64,000 bases of DNA from a virus (lineage: Duplodnaviria; Caudoviricetes), in IMG/VR virus record IMGVR_UViG_3300048881_000698, positions 64,001 through 128,000 of that record. One strand, given 5' to 3'. Both the position numbers and the translations under genes were made by a program. The notes under the pieces are model-generated. The model worked only from the letters and a program-made list of their open reading frames with translations. It was not told where the DNA came from and did no database searches. Below, piece by piece: positions 37,101-46,300 of the stretch (its first letter is position 1; every line of letters starts with the position of its first letter).

Positions 37101-37344
37101 GGTTTCCTGGGATTACATAAGTGGGAGCAATATCCGCTAAACTCTTAAGAAAATTGGACGCCATCTCGAAATACTCAGGACTCAATTGAGTCTTTGTATG
37201 GGCTAGATCTCCACAATGAATAATGCAGTCTACTTTCTCTTCTCGCAACTTGTCGTATATCTGGTCAAAAATTATACGATATTCATAATGATATTTTAAA
37301 TTACGGATATGCGTATCCGCAATGTGCGCAAACCTCAAATTCAC
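34183..37344 (-). CDS. Fused Mre11/SbcD-Rad50/SbcC recombination nuclease (T4 gp47-gp46 fusion)
   Basis: ADTH, GDLAH, GNHD, LGDIH phosphoesterase motifs, then GKNFSGKSS, coiled coil, GSGSE signature, ILDEP, LISH. Confidence 0.93.
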   Translation of the reverse strand: MNLRFAHIADTHIRNLKYHYEYRIIFDQIYDKLREEKVDCIIHCGDLAHTKTQLSPEYFEMASNFLKSLADIAPTYVIPGNHDGNLRNSSRQDAITPIVEALEHPNLCLLKASGEVVLNDKFTLNVLSVFDEDNWVDSSDKSKINIALYHGSISGVKTDLGWTMEHGENDISIFEEYDFAFLGDIHKTNQALDHEGRIRYPGSTIQQNQGETNDKGLLIWDIRDRDDWDVEHVAFVNPKPFVTVELTPKGRIPNKVKVPNGSRLRLVSNNNLSLDVLKKAVDVAKSKFKPESVTFLNRAYGDRIDIADSIKNIFQENLRDLVVQKRLIEDYLKDYDPSDEVLEKVLELNKKYSSVVEEDEEVARNINWTLKSIEWDNLFNYGEKNKIDFGKLNGVVGIFGKNFSGKSSIIDSLLYAIYNSTSKNNRKNLHLINQTKDDCRAKAKISVDHNIYEIERTSEKYEKKLHGNTTVEAKTDIEFSRYDEVVGENISLNGLSRNDTDRSIRKMFGTMDDFLFTSMASQLGSLMFISEGSTRRKEILAKFLDLEMFERKFKLAKEDATDLRGALKRLEGTEFDEQIEEVNEKLVNVENEIEKQENICKDMVERVDTYQKQVDDVKERINTIPVEMIDINKVEKSLEENQKQKDLLTEKNKKFFENIKIDNELLRKIESFLNDGFDIEEIKNNKSVVVEKQNQLNLITNDIKLYETKLKVKEGKTALLEEVPCGEEYSHCKFIKDAYEALGQLDEVKQDITKLKNAETKTSAEIQEIDPEKIEEHIEKYNKLLEKQSYLNTEISSYELEIQKNKTKIVGFKKEVEQMNEKVAEYNKNKLAIENLEALNFEKDNFLRAMAKEKDNLLVCQDCLIDLSKEHGSVEQMLTNLENGKQELRLLREEFAAYDLFMRCTHSNGIAYDIIKKRLPIINVEIAKVLANIVDFEVFFEAEDKKLEIFIKHPKFDARPIELGSGSEKTIAAMAIRLALLNVSSLPKPDLFILDEPATALDEENMEGFIRILDMVKSYFKTVLLISHLDTLKDCADMTIEIEKKGNFAYVNY

Positions 37345-37358
37345 CCTCTATTGTTATA

Positions 37359-37387
37359 ACGATAACACACGTTTATGACTTTGTCAA
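37359..37387 (-). promoter_or_regulatory. Sigma70-like promoter for the Mre11-Rad50 gene
   Basis: TTGACA-17 nt-TATCGT with extended TG. Confidence 0.55.
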
Positions 37388-37653
37388 GATCTTTTTTCTA
37401 CAAAACACTCTGCCACAACTTGAAATGCATCTTGCCATTGGGATTTTACAATCTCTAATCTATCAAATATTTCATTTGCTAAAATCATTTCAGGTCCATC
37501 AATTATATAAATTTTATTAGTAGTTTCATCATAATATTGTGCGTGCAGATCGACGAAATGTTCTAGTTTTATTTCAGCAAGTCTTTGTTCATAGTTTTCA
37601 TCAACTTCATCTTGAATTAAAGTCTCCAGTTCTGCTTCGGAATATATTGGCAT
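37384..37653 (-). CDS. Hypothetical acidic protein, 89 aa
   Basis: GGAG SD; ACTATTTA motif 27 nt upstream. Confidence 0.65.
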   Translation of the reverse strand: MPIYSEAELETLIQDEVDENYEQRLAEIKLEHFVDLHAQYYDETTNKIYIIDGPEMILANEIFDRLEIVKSQWQDAFQVVAECFVEKRS

Positions 37654-37655
37654 CT

Positions 37656-38585
37656 TTAAAGCTCCATCATTTTATAAAGTAAATAGTCGTCATTTTTAAT
37701 ATTAATTGCTTCTTGTTTTCTCAAATTAAACTCTTCTTTAGTCATGGCGCCGACATCATCAAAGCCAGATGTATCCACTTTAAAGACTTCTACTCCGTAT
37801 GACAATAATTTAAAAATAATTTTCTTACTTTTTTCTTCGGCATCTTTGTCTAACGCAATAAAAATTGAAGAATCGTTTTTAACAATTTCTTGAAAAAGTT
37901 TCGATTCTTCGCGAAGCGTTGAACCTAAAAGAGGTACTGAATTAGGTCCAGCTTTTATTGCGTCAAATGCCCCTTCAACCAATATTACATCCGAATCCCA
38001 ATCAATATATAAGTGATTAAAAACAATATCCTTAGATAAAGATGGGTTCAAATATTTTCTCCAGTCACTATTATAAGTCCTCGATACAAAATAGTTGATA
38101 TACCCTTCCTCGTCAAAAGAAGGAATGATAACTCTCTCAGCATACAAACCACGAACACAATAACCTATTTTCCATCGAATTATATCTTCTTGATTGATCC
38201 CTCTGTTCTCTAAATAATTTCTAGCCTTTTTAGAACAAAGTGTTGTCTCTTTTCCTGTCAAAGTTAGAAATTCCTTCGGAAGAGCAACCCTTTGTCTATA
38301 TTCTGGTGTGTATCGACGTTCAAAAATATCGTCAAATTTAGAAATATCTTCTTTATCACCATGTTTGTCCCATTCTTGCAGATGTTTAAACGTTCCAAAT
38401 CTCTTAATAAGCCTTCTAACACTTTTTCCATATACATCACAGACCCAACACTTGTAAGCACTTTTCTCTAAATTGATTGACAGCTTTCTCTTGTGATGTT
38501 TACAATATGGGCAATAAAACAGAAGTTCTTCGCTTGATGCGTGAAAATTGCCCAGAACTTCTTTTAAGATTTTTCTTTTATCCAT
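37656..38585 (-). CDS. DNA primase (DnaG/gp61-like)
   Basis: CPYC..H..CWVC zinc finger, YLENRGI, RVIIP, KYLNP, TOPRIM LVEGAFD and IALDKD. Confidence 0.9.
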   Translation of the reverse strand: MDKRKILKEVLGNFHASSEELLFYCPYCKHHKRKLSINLEKSAYKCWVCDVYGKSVRRLIKRFGTFKHLQEWDKHGDKEDISKFDDIFERRYTPEYRQRVALPKEFLTLTGKETTLCSKKARNYLENRGINQEDIIRWKIGYCVRGLYAERVIIPSFDEEGYINYFVSRTYNSDWRKYLNPSLSKDIVFNHLYIDWDSDVILVEGAFDAIKAGPNSVPLLGSTLREESKLFQEIVKNDSSIFIALDKDAEEKSKKIIFKLLSYGVEVFKVDTSGFDDVGAMTKEEFNLRKQEAINIKNDDYLLYKMMEL

Positions 38586-39091
38586 CCTGCTTTTGCAATT
38601 ACGTAAGAATCGGATTTATCATATGTTCCAGCTTTTGGGTTTCCGAATTTAGTATATTCTATCACAAAACTAGGTTCGTTGTCAAGAACATATTTCAAGA
38701 CAACCTCTTTTGCGTTTTCTCCCCTCGGCACTTTTATCCCACAAGCCTTTCTGCTCGTAAAAGCTGCAATATACTCTGGCATTTTCTTATATTGATCGTA
38801 GCAAATATAAGAAACTATACCATTAAACTGTACCAACATCGACAAGATTTTTGCTGAAGAGAATCCCGGTCTAAATGCCTGTAATGTCTTTTCAATATAA
38901 ATCTTGTCCGGTTTTCCATAGGTATTGAACAATTGATCGATTTTGTTTTTGACTCCATCAATTTTTGAGAACAAATCGGGGAAAGTTTTTTTATTCCTCA
39001 AATCCCAAGATTCATTATAAATCATTTTTCCATTGGAGTCTAGTATTGTTGCACCACTTATAGATGTGGACAAATCTAATCCTAGTATCAT
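38564..39091 (-). CDS. ruvC: RuvC-like Holliday junction resolvase
   Basis: MILGLDLSTSISG, IYIE, AKEVV, DKSDSYVIA. Confidence 0.85.
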   Translation of the reverse strand: MILGLDLSTSISGATILDSNGKMIYNESWDLRNKKTFPDLFSKIDGVKNKIDQLFNTYGKPDKIYIEKTLQAFRPGFSSAKILSMLVQFNGIVSYICYDQYKKMPEYIAAFTSRKACGIKVPRGENAKEVVLKYVLDNEPSFVIEYTKFGNPKAGTYDKSDSYVIAKAGWIKEKS

Positions 39092-39103
39092 TTTAATATG
39101 ATA

Positions 39104-41080
39104 TCAAATATCGAGCTTTAATTTAAATGTCAGGTCTCGATCTTCAGTCTTTTTTACAGGTGTGGCCAATTTTGCAATTGCAATTAAATTTTTATTTTCG
39201 TCGTATACACCAATTTTAGAAATGTAAGTTTGTTTTCTAAAACTTGCAGTATGGTTTGCATAAGAGCTGCTAACTATATTTTTGATGACCATCTTGTCAT
39301 ATTCTACATAAGATTGCGAAACATTAAAAACTGGCCAGTTTGACCCAGAAAATTTGCTATTGTCAACATACCCTGGACTTCCGCCAGTAAAAGCCTCGAC
39401 GCCATGGGCGCCCGCGGGCGTGGTGTTGTTAACTATCAACCTATCGCCACTCACCAGCGTGCCAGCAATTGCCTTATTTCCGACGGTGCCGGCAGTTTTC
39501 ATTTTTAAAGTTATAACGATGGGAGACTCGGCGTCATTGTTTTCAACGTCAGATACATACATGTCGATGTTGCCGGCATCGGCTGCTAAATCTAGAGCAA
39601 TTTTTAGGGCCTCGGCGAAATCGACAGCATTGCTAGCTTGCGTACCAGCAACGATGGTTGAACTGGTATTCTCGAATTCGGTGACTGTAATTGTATGTGT
39701 CGTACCATCAGAATTGGTTAATATTAATGTTAAATCTTCCAGGCTGGCACCACCGCCGTCGGTGGTCATCAGCGTAGCAGTAGCATGTGCTAGCGGCTTT
39801 GTTGCGTTTGATTCAATATAAGTGGGGTTATTAGAGTGATTAAGCTCTGCTATTGGAGCATGAGCTAACATGGTAACAACAGGAACACGATTCACTCCTT
39901 CAAACGCAAGAGAGAAACTTGATGACGGCAAATGAAAGGTATCAAGCGATCCTGTCGCAAATTTGCCATATCCACTGTGATCTTTCCCACCAGCGTCTGA
40001 ATTGGCGTGGCGCAGAGGAGCTGATCTTTCAATTCCTGTGCCAAAATAAACCCATCTAGGATTATCAGCTGATGGCGTGGTCGGCGATAATGGAACCTTT
40101 GTTTTATAAAACTCTGTGTGCGGTGACCTAGGATAAGCAGGTTCGTTAGTGCCGGGCAGGCTAGGTATTTTTGGGTCAGTCGTGTTTGTATCTGTTCTGT
40201 TTGTTAAGTCCCAACTTCCGGTTAACAAGATAAATCCTTCTTTATAAAGAACTGTGCCGGCAACACTGCCAGTCTGAGATCCGGTTACCTCGATCAGCTC
40301 TCCATTTTTATATTTGTCCATGCACTGTCCGATAAGCGTGCCAGATACATAAAATCTAAGATCTACACTGCCCTTTCTAATAGATGAACCATAAAAAATA
40401 GAAGGAATACTAATAAGGTTAAGTTCTGCTATGTTAAGGTCCCGTTCCGGATCTGACATTTTATAGGTATGTCCAGGGCGGTCGCGGTCACGCTGACTGC
40501 CGGTAAATGTATAATGCTTGCTCAAAGGTATATACTCATTTAAAACATTTCTAAGAGCGTCAATATGTGAATATTTAACAGGTACATTTTCAAGACCTGC
40601 ATACTCTTTTTGATGATCTGAAAATCTATCCTGACCTTCACTATAATATTCTCTTTGAATACTAGCTGACATCGGATAAGAAAAACTAGCTGTTAAAATA
40701 TCACCATATTGTAATGCATTAAACGTATCAGTAGTCACTGTTTTGAAAGTGTGGAGGCCGCCCGCTTTAGTTATAAATGGGTGAATAATAGTTTTTTTGT
40801 AGCCGGCGTCTTCATTCGCGGCGATGGATTGCGCATAGTCCCAAGTATGTGAAGGTCTATCCCTATCAACGTTCATTTCATATAAGCTTATGTAACCACT
40901 AGGAACGCTTGGTACATCTGAGTTTTGATTGTCTTCGGCCCAAATATTTCCTTTGGAGCCGCGTCGCGTTGGCATGTTATTATAAAAAATGCTAGCGCTA
41001 TAAATAAAAAAAACAGATTTAGGATTAGTCTCTATTTGGTTGTAAAAAATATCATCTTTGGAAAATCGATAATATGGCAT
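39104..41080 (-). CDS. Baseplate/fibre-attachment virion protein with inserted module
   Basis: LISIPSIFYGSSIRKGS, GTVLYKEG, N-x-SNNPTY, YISKIGVYDENKNLIAIAKLATPVKK; paralogous to the next gene. Confidence 0.6.
   Translation of the reverse strand: MPYYRFSKDDIFYNQIETNPKSVFFIYSASIFYNNMPTRRGSKGNIWAEDNQNSDVPSVPSGYISLYEMNVDRDRPSHTWDYAQSIAANEDAGYKKTIIHPFITKAGGLHTFKTVTTDTFNALQYGDILTASFSYPMSASIQREYYSEGQDRFSDHQKEYAGLENVPVKYSHIDALRNVLNEYIPLSKHYTFTGSQRDRDRPGHTYKMSDPERDLNIAELNLISIPSIFYGSSIRKGSVDLRFYVSGTLIGQCMDKYKNGELIEVTGSQTGSVAGTVLYKEGFILLTGSWDLTNRTDTNTTDPKIPSLPGTNEPAYPRSPHTEFYKTKVPLSPTTPSADNPRWVYFGTGIERSAPLRHANSDAGGKDHSGYGKFATGSLDTFHLPSSSFSLAFEGVNRVPVVTMLAHAPIAELNHSNNPTYIESNATKPLAHATATLMTTDGGGASLEDLTLILTNSDGTTHTITVTEFENTSSTIVAGTQASNAVDFAEALKIALDLAADAGNIDMYVSDVENNDAESPIVITLKMKTAGTVGNKAIAGTLVSGDRLIVNNTTPAGAHGVEAFTGGSPGYVDNSKFSGSNWPVFNVSQSYVEYDKMVIKNIVSSSYANHTASFRKQTYISKIGVYDENKNLIAIAKLATPVKKTEDRDLTFKLKLDI
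39380..39790 (-). repeat. Inserted ATAT...FTGG module (A/B-type)
   Basis: AHATATLM...TNSDGTTHTITV...ITLKMKTAGTVGN...AFTGG; absent at the equivalent position of the paralogue at 41107-42267. Confidence 0.75.
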
Positions 41081-41106
41081 TCTTGCATTTCCTACTAATC
41101 CTTATC

Positions 41107-42267
41107 CTAAAAATCTAATCTTACTGTGATAGATAAATCATTATCTGGTGTTTTTTTCAGAGGTTCAGACAGTTTAGAGACCGCTAATAGTTCACCAGCA
41201 GCAGAATATAAACCAACTGTTGTTAAGTAAGATACTGGATTGTCAGCTGTTGAAGTCTTTACTCTAATCGTGCTGCCAGTTAAATATGTCGGATTTGAAC
41301 TATAATTGTATTCATTAGAATTTGCTCGACAAAAATATTTTGTAGAATGTAATTCCACTGTATTGTTAAAATCTATACTCTTAAGTCTATGTCTGAGTTG
41401 ATTAGCCATAGTTTTAATAGTCGAACCGGTCATGAGGGCTCTAATTGAAGTAGAATTTGTTCCGTCCGCATCTCCAACTCCTAATGAGCCAGAAAGAAGA
41501 TTATGTTTATTCTCAGACGGAGATTGCGTAACGCCTCCGGAAGGATACATTAGACAACTAGCAGTAATAACCGCAATGCCTGCCTGATAAAATAATAGGC
41601 CGGCCGCGTTCTTATTACTAGACCCAGATAGGACAGCATATTCACCAGCTGGAGAATCTGTATAATATAAATCTGTTTGCCCTGAAGCAGGAGCTTGTCT
41701 CTTAATCGTTTCGACATCATTAAATCTATCATGATTAAGAAATTTAACCATAGAAGCCGAAGGGGAACCAAGACCAAGCTTCAAAGTAAAAGAGCCTTTT
41801 TTGATTTCGTCTTTCATTAACAAGCGAGAAAAATTAATGAAAAACGCTTCACGAATGGTCTGTCCGGACGGGAGTTTAAACTCTTTAATCGAGCCTGTCT
41901 CATCGTGTCCCATCAATATTTGTGCCATTTCATTATAAATATTAATTTTTTTTGCCTGCTGTACTGGCGTAGGATTTACCAATGACCCCACTCCTGTTAA
42001 AGAATCCGAAGCTGAAAAAGGGGAATTTGCTGAATATCCAAATGTGATATCAAAAAGATGATTCGCAGAAGAGCTTAAGTATGGATAATCATAAATCGAT
42101 TGGAACATGCCATGTGAATAATCTCGAATATTTGTTTGCAAACTTGCATGTGCTGCGTTTGTATATGTACCAGAAACAACAGAGCCTGTAATTGGTATTG
42201 CTTCGTGAAGCAACGTCCTTGTGGTTCTTTTGTCATTGGGTTCGAATATCTTAAGTTGTGTTGCCAT
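41107..42267 (-). CDS. Baseplate/fibre-attachment virion protein
   Basis: KDEIKKGSF, GLLFYQAG, NYSSNPTY, YLTTVGLYSAAGELLAVSKLSEPLKK. Confidence 0.6.
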   Translation of the reverse strand: MATQLKIFEPNDKRTTRTLLHEAIPITGSVVSGTYTNAAHASLQTNIRDYSHGMFQSIYDYPYLSSSANHLFDITFGYSANSPFSASDSLTGVGSLVNPTPVQQAKKINIYNEMAQILMGHDETGSIKEFKLPSGQTIREAFFINFSRLLMKDEIKKGSFTLKLGLGSPSASMVKFLNHDRFNDVETIKRQAPASGQTDLYYTDSPAGEYAVLSGSSNKNAAGLLFYQAGIAVITASCLMYPSGGVTQSPSENKHNLLSGSLGVGDADGTNSTSIRALMTGSTIKTMANQLRHRLKSIDFNNTVELHSTKYFCRANSNEYNYSSNPTYLTGSTIRVKTSTADNPVSYLTTVGLYSAAGELLAVSKLSEPLKKTPDNDLSITVRLDF

Positions 42268-42282
42268 GTTTTTTACCTTATT

Positions 42283-43284
42283 TTATCTTGTTGCAGCTAG
42301 TTTTACAAATCTTACTGGAAAATCTATTTTATATCCCGTTGTAATCCCGCGCACCCTTACCACTGTATCGATGTAGTGAACTACTGCGTCTCCTGTACTG
42401 TCCGTCCATGTTGCGTTCAAAACACCTATTTTTTCGAAAAGATCGGGACTGGTTCGAAGCAGTTCGCTAGAAGCGAACCTCAGCATTATATAGGTACCTC
42501 TAGGTCCTTTGATTACCTGGTCAGACCCTAGGTCGGTATCGATTGCAGATTTATTACCATTTTCATGTACGCCAGTGCCGCTAACAAGCTTATATAAAGC
42601 GATTTGGTCGTCATCAACAAAACTTAATGGAGCCTGTTGGGTGCCCACTCCGTCATCACACCACCAAACAGTTCCTAAGCGATTGTCCATTTCAACTGTA
42701 TATTCAGTTTCTTTAAGATCTGTGGATAAATTTTGAGAAGACGGTGTTGGTGAGTTGGTATTTAGTCCTTGATCAATTCGAATCCTAGGTTGAGCGGCGG
42801 CGCCTGGAGATATACCTTTCATCATGCCTATATTATTTTGAAATAACCCCTTAACAGTACCTGTGCTAAAAGGATTTGCTGTCTCTTCATCTACGGCGAC
42901 GACAAACTTGCCGCGCGCTTGAGGGTTGTTGCCGGTGCCGGCCGAATTTCTTTGCCATTCAGGTCTGGTTTCATTCAGCATTATAATAGGGAGGTGTATA
43001 TGAGCTGGTGTATTATATGTAACTAATCTAGATTTGAGATTTGCAGTATTGTCCGTAAAAGCTTCTAAGATTGGTGTCTGAAGGATATCTAAATCATAAT
43101 ATGCAGATCCGCTGGGGTGGGCGCCGCTGGGGTGATTTGAATTTCTATAAAGAGCATAATTGATTTCATCGTCCCCAAACGCATAATGTGTAACTGCAAA
43201 GGCACCTTGTGCTAGTCGCATTCTACCAGTGTCAGTTAACACTGCATCAAGAATTATATCTCCGCTATTATCTAAAAAAGCCAT
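42283..43284 (-). CDS. Virion structural protein (baseplate region)
   Basis: MAFLDNSGDIILDAVLTDTGRMRLAQG...YAFGDDEINY; GGAGG SD before the ATG at 43284. Confidence 0.6.
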   Translation of the reverse strand: MAFLDNSGDIILDAVLTDTGRMRLAQGAFAVTHYAFGDDEINYALYRNSNHPSGAHPSGSAYYDLDILQTPILEAFTDNTANLKSRLVTYNTPAHIHLPIIMLNETRPEWQRNSAGTGNNPQARGKFVVAVDEETANPFSTGTVKGLFQNNIGMMKGISPGAAAQPRIRIDQGLNTNSPTPSSQNLSTDLKETEYTVEMDNRLGTVWWCDDGVGTQQAPLSFVDDDQIALYKLVSGTGVHENGNKSAIDTDLGSDQVIKGPRGTYIMLRFASSELLRTSPDLFEKIGVLNATWTDSTGDAVVHYIDTVVRVRGITTGYKIDFPVRFVKLAATR

Positions 43285-43343
43285 TATCAACCTCCATTTA
43301 ATTATAACTAGTTTTTATTTATTTTTTAACATCCTTGCCGGTA

Positions 43344-43351
43344 TAAATAGT
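43344..43351 (-). promoter_or_regulatory. Candidate late promoter ACTATTTA
   Basis: Intergenic; a second variant ACTAGTTA lies at 43305-43312. Confidence 0.55.
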
Positions 43352-43377
43352 TCATTTCATTATAAAATTCATTTTTA

Positions 43378-46300
43378 TTATTTATGCTGTGTGTTGTTAA
43401 AATTAATATTAAAATCAATTTTCTTTCCCGTTTGTTTTGATATTAATCTAACTTTAAAAATTTTCCGATCATCGAAGATCGATTCTTCAGCAAGGCTCAA
43501 ACTATAGTTGCCGGCTTTATTTCCAGACCCGGGAGCTTTGTTGATCATTGTTTGTTCTAAAGTTGGAATGACACTAAAGTATCTTCTCACGCTTTTCATA
43601 TTTGTTCTTGCAGGCATTTCAGGTCTATACACTTCTACCAATAAATAAACGGCGCCGCCATCGTCCACCAACTGGATTTCATACATGGAGGACGGGTTGG
43701 AAATGTTTTCATGTATATCCTTTGCTCTAAATGTGTAATAATATTTTTTATTTGGCCTTACATTTTCTAAAAAAGTAGTAGAGGGCGCGCCATTCGTAAG
43801 CACTTTCTTATAAACAGAATTATTTTTAAAACTATCATATGATACTGGTGGGTAGTATTGAAACGTTTGGTTAACAAGTATCTCTGATTCGGTTTCAGGC
43901 GGATTAATTCTAAAAATCTCATAGTACGCAGGCGGATCGTCTGCTTCGTAAGTAAGTATCGGAGGTACTGTATCAACCCCTTGAGCAATCAATTGTTTCT
44001 CAATGGCTTGTTCATCTTCCGGTAGTAGTGCTATTGGTGTTGCCTCAACTTTTCCAGTTCCGGCATCGAAACTAAACAAAAATCTGTCATTGATCCCCAT
44101 ATAAGGTGTAAGGCGCACAATAGGAGGCAGAGGTGGCGAGTCAACCATGACAGTATTAATTTCGCCATAAGGCACTTCAATTATTTTAACAGACGGGCGA
44201 GATATAACATTAAACTCCAAATGTGCCTCAGAATTGGCTGTCGGCCCCCATCCTGTAACTTCTTGTCTAACCCCAGATAAGACTGTTACCTTTTGCCCCG
44301 GGGTGGAAGGGCCAAAATAATGATATCTGTCTCCGGCCATGGCGTTGGAGAAGGGGCTGGGTATGATGTTGCTTTCTTGAATAGCATTGGTATAAGTCTG
44401 CAAAAAACGAATAAAATCGTTGGTAACTGACCAAGAGTCATGGCTCAGGAATGGAAATTCAACTTCGCTTACATCGAGGCCACCCGACTCAAAAAACGGT
44501 TTGGCCCATGGGAATGGATCCCAAGCGCTGGTAAAACCTTCCCAGAGGGGGTAGCCAAGGTGGGGATCTACAAACTTTTGATGATCGGGCCAATGAATAA
44601 GTACACTAGGTTGGACACTATAGCCCGCGGGCATGTTCCATTTGCCATCAGGGTGATATGTGGTATTAATGTGATTTGGGTCCAGAACCGTGTCTTTATA
44701 CCTTGCATACTCTTCCGGCGTTATATAAACGTGTAAGTTGGTTTTCACTTCTCTCTCGATAGGTTGATATTCATAGTCTGAGCCAAAAACAGCAGTTATT
44801 GCATGGAGTTTGTATGTTATTTTCCTGCCGTACCCGACTTGTGTATCGACAAGTTTAATCTCATTTATATCTGGCTTGTTAATATAGTAAAAGCTTTGTA
44901 GCGGCGCAGTGGATTGCGAATCCCATTTAGAAACTCTCCAAAAAAGTACTTCAGTGCATGCCATTTTGCCTGATAAAATCTCCGGGTAAGATCTGGTTTT
45001 TTTCTCAACTAATTGTGCGAACTTTTTCTTAATAGTTTCCATGGAAGCTTGTAGGGCTTGCACAGTGGCAGCAGGGGGGACTGTGTTATTAAGATCTTCA
45101 TATTCAATCGATGTAGCCGCAAATAAATTAGGATCCTCACTATTTGAAACTATGAGTGCAGATGGAACACTATTATTATCTTTTAAATACCAGTATCCTT
45201 TAGTTTTGTCGGAGATGGCATAAGAGTACCCAATCGAGTCCGGATCTAATTTTTCCATGAAAGTGTAAAAATCGTATTCCTTAAGATTTTTTTTGCCAAG
45301 ACCTGCTTTTACGCTGGCGATGGTGCCGGTTGGGCCACTCTTAGTTGGGATTACGGATGTGGGAACCATGTAAGAATCTTCCCCATCCATAAATAATTTT
45401 AAAAATGCGTACCATAAGGGCATGGCGCCGACTTTCCACGAGTCTCCCCAGAGCGGTGGCGCCTCGAGTAAGAGTTGGAGCAGGCTATTCACATCTCCAC
45501 CGTAACCTTCAAGTGGTTCGACCCAGGATGGGGGCGGAATGGGTGTAAAATTTAGATGCATTTGCATGGGAAAAAATTCTTTCTGGCGTTGATATAACCA
45601 TGCCCAAAACTCACCTTTTTTTGGGAAAAGAATTTGATTTTTATACATGCCCAGCTTATTCTGGAAGATGGAAAATGTACCCTTGTTCTTAAGTCTTTTC
45701 ACTGCATTTGTCCAAGCGGTAAAGTAATTTTCAGTGTCTTGCTCGCCGATCTTAGTTCCCGCCTTAAGGCCCGGGGCTTTGGCGGCGTCTTCCGCGGATA
45801 GTAGTATATCTTCAAATGCTTTTATTTCATCATATAAGGTTATAAAATTGCGACGTTGATCCTTCAATTCATCAGTTTGCACTTTCCAGGATTTCATGTA
45901 TTCTGGAACAGCTTTCATGGAAAATTTTGGATCATTATCTTTGCCCATCATTTCATATGTTATTAATTCAAGGTGCGGGAAGAGATAGGAATGCTGCCAG
46001 GCAACGCTGATTTCATCTTCATATTCTTTATTATAGAAGTTATATTCAGGCTTTACATCATAAACCAAAGCATTTGTTTGGGGCGCATCAAGATATTCTT
46101 TATTGGAATATGGCATTGGGAATAAAAAGACATGATCTTCTTTGTATTTACTTATAGGATTTGTATTATCTCTTACAATTCTATTTTGAATTGTTTGTAG
46201 AACCTCAGCATTTTCGTCGGCTGTCCGGTTGGCATTAAAGACCGTTAAACGCACCCTATGCACAATATAAGGACGTGGATCCTCCGATTGGTATCCGGAG

